A model generated the notes under the pieces. The model saw only the letters and a program-made list of their open reading frames with translations, searched no databases and had not been told where the DNA came from. From Chiloscyllium plagiosum (taxonomy: Eukaryota), in assembly GCF_004010195.1 (NCBI RefSeq), contig NC_057720.1, positions 23,623,105-23,687,104 of the forward strand: DNA of 64,000 nucleotides. Direction: 5' to 3'. Of the stretch, positions 61,244 through 64,000 are shown in pieces. The number at the start of each line of letters is the position of its first letter. Within the stretch, counting starts at the first letter, position 1. The translations under genes were made by a program, and so were the position numbers.

Positions 61244-61439
61244 GAGTTCATGTGTTTGGCCTTTGTGCCACCGCTCTCATCACTGACATTATTCAGCTGT
61301 CAACAGGGTACCATGCCCCATATTTTCTTACAGTGTGTAAGCCCAATTATACGTCGTTAAATACCTCTTGTGAAGAAAATCCATATGTTGTGGAGGATAT
61401 CTGCACAGGATCCGATCCTGCTCTCATTAACGCTGGCAG
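61244..61439 (+). CDS. PLPPR4: PLPPR4 coding exon 4 ((G)[64 protein letters not shown]+AG)
   Basis: TTTTAG acceptor ending 61243 (phase 1 matches exon 3), 196 nt, AG|GTTAGA donor (phase 2). Contains the degenerate LPP C1 region and N-glycosylation sequons NYT/NTS. The next exon (KSFPSQH...) was not found in the window. Confidence 0.95.
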
Positions 61440-62794
61440 GTTAGACTTTACATTTCACTTTATGTATATAACAAAGAGGGGCTTGTTTATTCTTTGCTCA
61501 ATTTGGGAGTGCGTTTGATAAATCCATTACTTCACTACAACATTTTCGATTATGGCAGACTAGAACAGGGCATTTTTCACCTTGTACTTAGCAAAGACAG
61601 AAAGCATGGATGAATTAATTGCAGATGTCTCTTCACCTTAAAAACTGATTTCAACCTTCGTCTCAGATCAACATTTTTCATGTAAAGTGTGTCCCTTCCA
61701 ACATAACTTGAATATTTAAATTCAAATCAGGATCAGTTCTGTTCTATGAGCACTCAGTTCACCAATAGATAGGCACCTTGTTTCAAATTGTTTTTAAATA
61801 AGTAGGATGAATGGACTTTGAAAAAAACTGTAAGCTCTAGTATTCCTGACTTGTTTTCATTAATTTCCTTCTCTCATTTTATGAGAACAAATCAATTTCA
61901 TTTCAGATCCCTCTTGCAAATGATAACTGTATGTTTTGCTGAAAACCAGTGCATTGACTAGGTTGTAGCAAGGAGTATGTGTGGACTTATTGAGATGTGC
62001 CCTAAGTTACTCACATGACATAAATATCTGGTAGTCTGAGGGCATCTCTTGTCATTGCATCTAAAAAAAAAAAAGTTAAAATTGATTTGAATACAATTTG
62101 AATTTTGTCCATAGACAGGCAATAAAATTATGTACAGCTTTTTCAAAGATTCCCAGCAAATTTCCTTTTACCACTTGCAACAACATCAGAACCAAAGGAA
62201 CAGTGACAATTTTATTGTCCTTCAGGTTGTTAGAAACCTCACTGCAAACATGTAGTTTAAATAATAATTATCAAAATTGAAAGTAAACAATGCCATATTG
62301 CTTGTCTGTTGTTATAAAATCTGAAGTCAAGGAGTTGAATAATATGCACAGTTGAAGTAAATTATTATATTATTATAGCAACATTCTTTTGTTTATAAAT
62401 CTTAATCTACAATTGTCAGAATGCAGTTAGCATTCTTAATATGTAATCAAATATAAATTGTATTATTTCTGCCAGTTATGAATGAGATTAAATTATAACT
62501 GCATTACCTTACTGAAGAGACTCTTTTCTTTATGCAACTCTGCTCACTGCATTCGGGGAGTTTTGACTCTTTTAATTCCTCCTCAGGATCTAAAGCAAGG
62601 CATCTGCTTTACTATAAATCACTGTGGCAGCTTGTGCTTATCAAGTCAATGGGAGTATTTGATCTGCCAGTTCATGAAGGCTAAGTCCACTGCTCAATGC
62701 TAGTATCCCTTCTCTATCACTTTCACTGATAGATATATCTGCATATATTCTGATTTTATCTTTGAATATAAGGGTGTCAGAATGAAATCCATTT

Positions 62795-63090
62795 CCACTA
62801 CAGAATCTCTAGAGTGCAGATAGAGGCCATTAGACCCACACCTCGAAAGAGCATCACATCCAGAACCACCTCCATAACCTGGCAATTCCAACCTATCTTG
62901 CAAATCCATGGACACTGTGAGCAATTTAACATGGCCAATCCATCTAGTCTGCAAATCGTTAAACTGTGGAAGGAACCAGAGCACCCAAAAGAAACCTACA
63001 CGGACACAGGGACAACGTGCAAACTCCATACAGACAATCATCCAAGGTTAAAACCAAACCTGGGTCCCTGACACTGTGAGACAGCAATGC
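62795..63090 (-). mobile_element. V-SINE
   Basis: Reverse V-domain and tRNA head. Explains ORFs 62700..63041 and 62814..63071. Confidence 0.8.
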
Positions 63091-63751
63091 TGTAACTTGT
63101 GTAAAAATGATAGAATAAAAATCTGTCAATCAGCTGGTGTCATCTTATACTGAGTAGGCATAAATACCATGGACAATTGATGCAATTAATGTAAGTAAGC
63201 TCATCCAATATGTCCCTCGTTCCATCTTCTGTTACTGGTGATCTTAACTGGTGTGCCATATTTCAATGGCTCTAGTTTCGAATGAGGAAAATCAACAACC
63301 TGGTCCACTTTCAGCCATCTGACAGCTGAATCTCTCCACTGACCCAATGTAATGTTGCCCAAAGATACACTGGCACCAACTGAGGAAATGGGTGTAGGAA
63401 CCTATTGGTGTGTAGAGTCCATGCCTCTGGTCTGGCACTGTCCCGCACAATATTTTTGCTAATAGACAGACCCCAAAATCTCAGAAATTGAAGAGAATTT
63501 TTCATGATGCTGGTCTTCCATGGTGTTAAGGTGTGACAGTAATTAATCCCTTGGTTTATTTTAATCCCACAATAAGGAAAACATTATCTAACCAAGCTAA
63601 ACCTAATTGGAAATGAAACTGAACTGAAATCTATTTTAATTCAAAAATCTAGAATACCCTTTGTTGACCAAATTGGAATTCTTTTTGTTATCTCCAGTCT
63701 TTTTAAAATTATAATTAAAATACTGGACACCATACTCTGTATGTGGCTAAG

Positions 63752-63880
63752 AAATAGCAAAACACTAGAGATTCTGGAAATTTGAAACAAAAACACAAAT
63801 GCTGGAAATACAACAAATCAGGGAAGATTTGCGGAGAAACCAAATATATTAACGTTTCAGGGATGGGCTCTTCATTACCG
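63752..63880 (-). mobile_element. Degenerate PLE-derived arm (family B-like)
   Basis: GATTCTGGAAATTTGAAACAAAAACACAAATGCTGGAAA...TTAACGTTTCAGGGATGGGCTCTTCAT. Confidence 0.5.
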
Positions 63881-64000
63881 AGTTGACCATTCGTGTTTGT
63901 TCCTGCTCTGTCTCTGATTTATAGAATTGGATTAATGTTTCTTCAAATTTCCATCCCTATCTTCCTTAATGTGTTCCATCCTGGACCCTCTCCTTCCCTC

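Noticed and set aside
6434..61439. Alternative assignment as PLPPR3
   Set aside because: N-terminus (KER.KG...KDSVTLLPCFYFVE), YIEPTQE and [12 protein letters not shown] fit recalled PLPPR4 better. Reciprocal BLAST and synteny with PLPPR5 would settle it.
61860..61930. Acceptor-like TTTCATTTCAG near 61906 as exon 5
   Set aside because: Downstream sequence does not encode the expected KSFPSQHATL; exon 5 lies outside the window.

Overview
Eukaryotic (vertebrate) genomic DNA. The repeat content points to a cartilaginous fish (shark/ray); this is inferred from recalled repeat families, not from a search. The window holds the promoter region and first four coding exons of a + strand PLPPR4 (PRG-1/LPPR4, phospholipid-phosphatase-related 4) gene: exons 6434-6511, 36257-36442, 58324-58453 and 61244-61439, all with GT-AG junctions and matching phases, 590 nt / 196 full codons. 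The gene continues beyond the window. Much of the rest is retroelement debris: CR1-clade LINEs (two near full-length with an SGNH-esterase ORF1), L2- and RTE-type fragments, V-SINEs (HE1-like), a DeuSINE, other tRNA-derived SINEs and a probable Harbinger relic. There are two assembly gaps, both inside Penelope-like elements (PLEs). The most notable pattern is a dense set (a dozen or more) of very short PLE-derived insertions (55-250 bp), most flanked by 10-17 bp target-site duplications and many palindromic. Most carry a minimal hammerhead-ribozyme core (CUGANGA-A-stem II-GAAA-CGUH) or its remnant. Their junctions cluster at the ribozyme, and they show nested re-insertion and template jumps. 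PLE-associated minimal hammerheads are known in general; whether these mini-elements are described in sharks could not be checked. Repeat boundaries are approximate unless a TSD is quoted.
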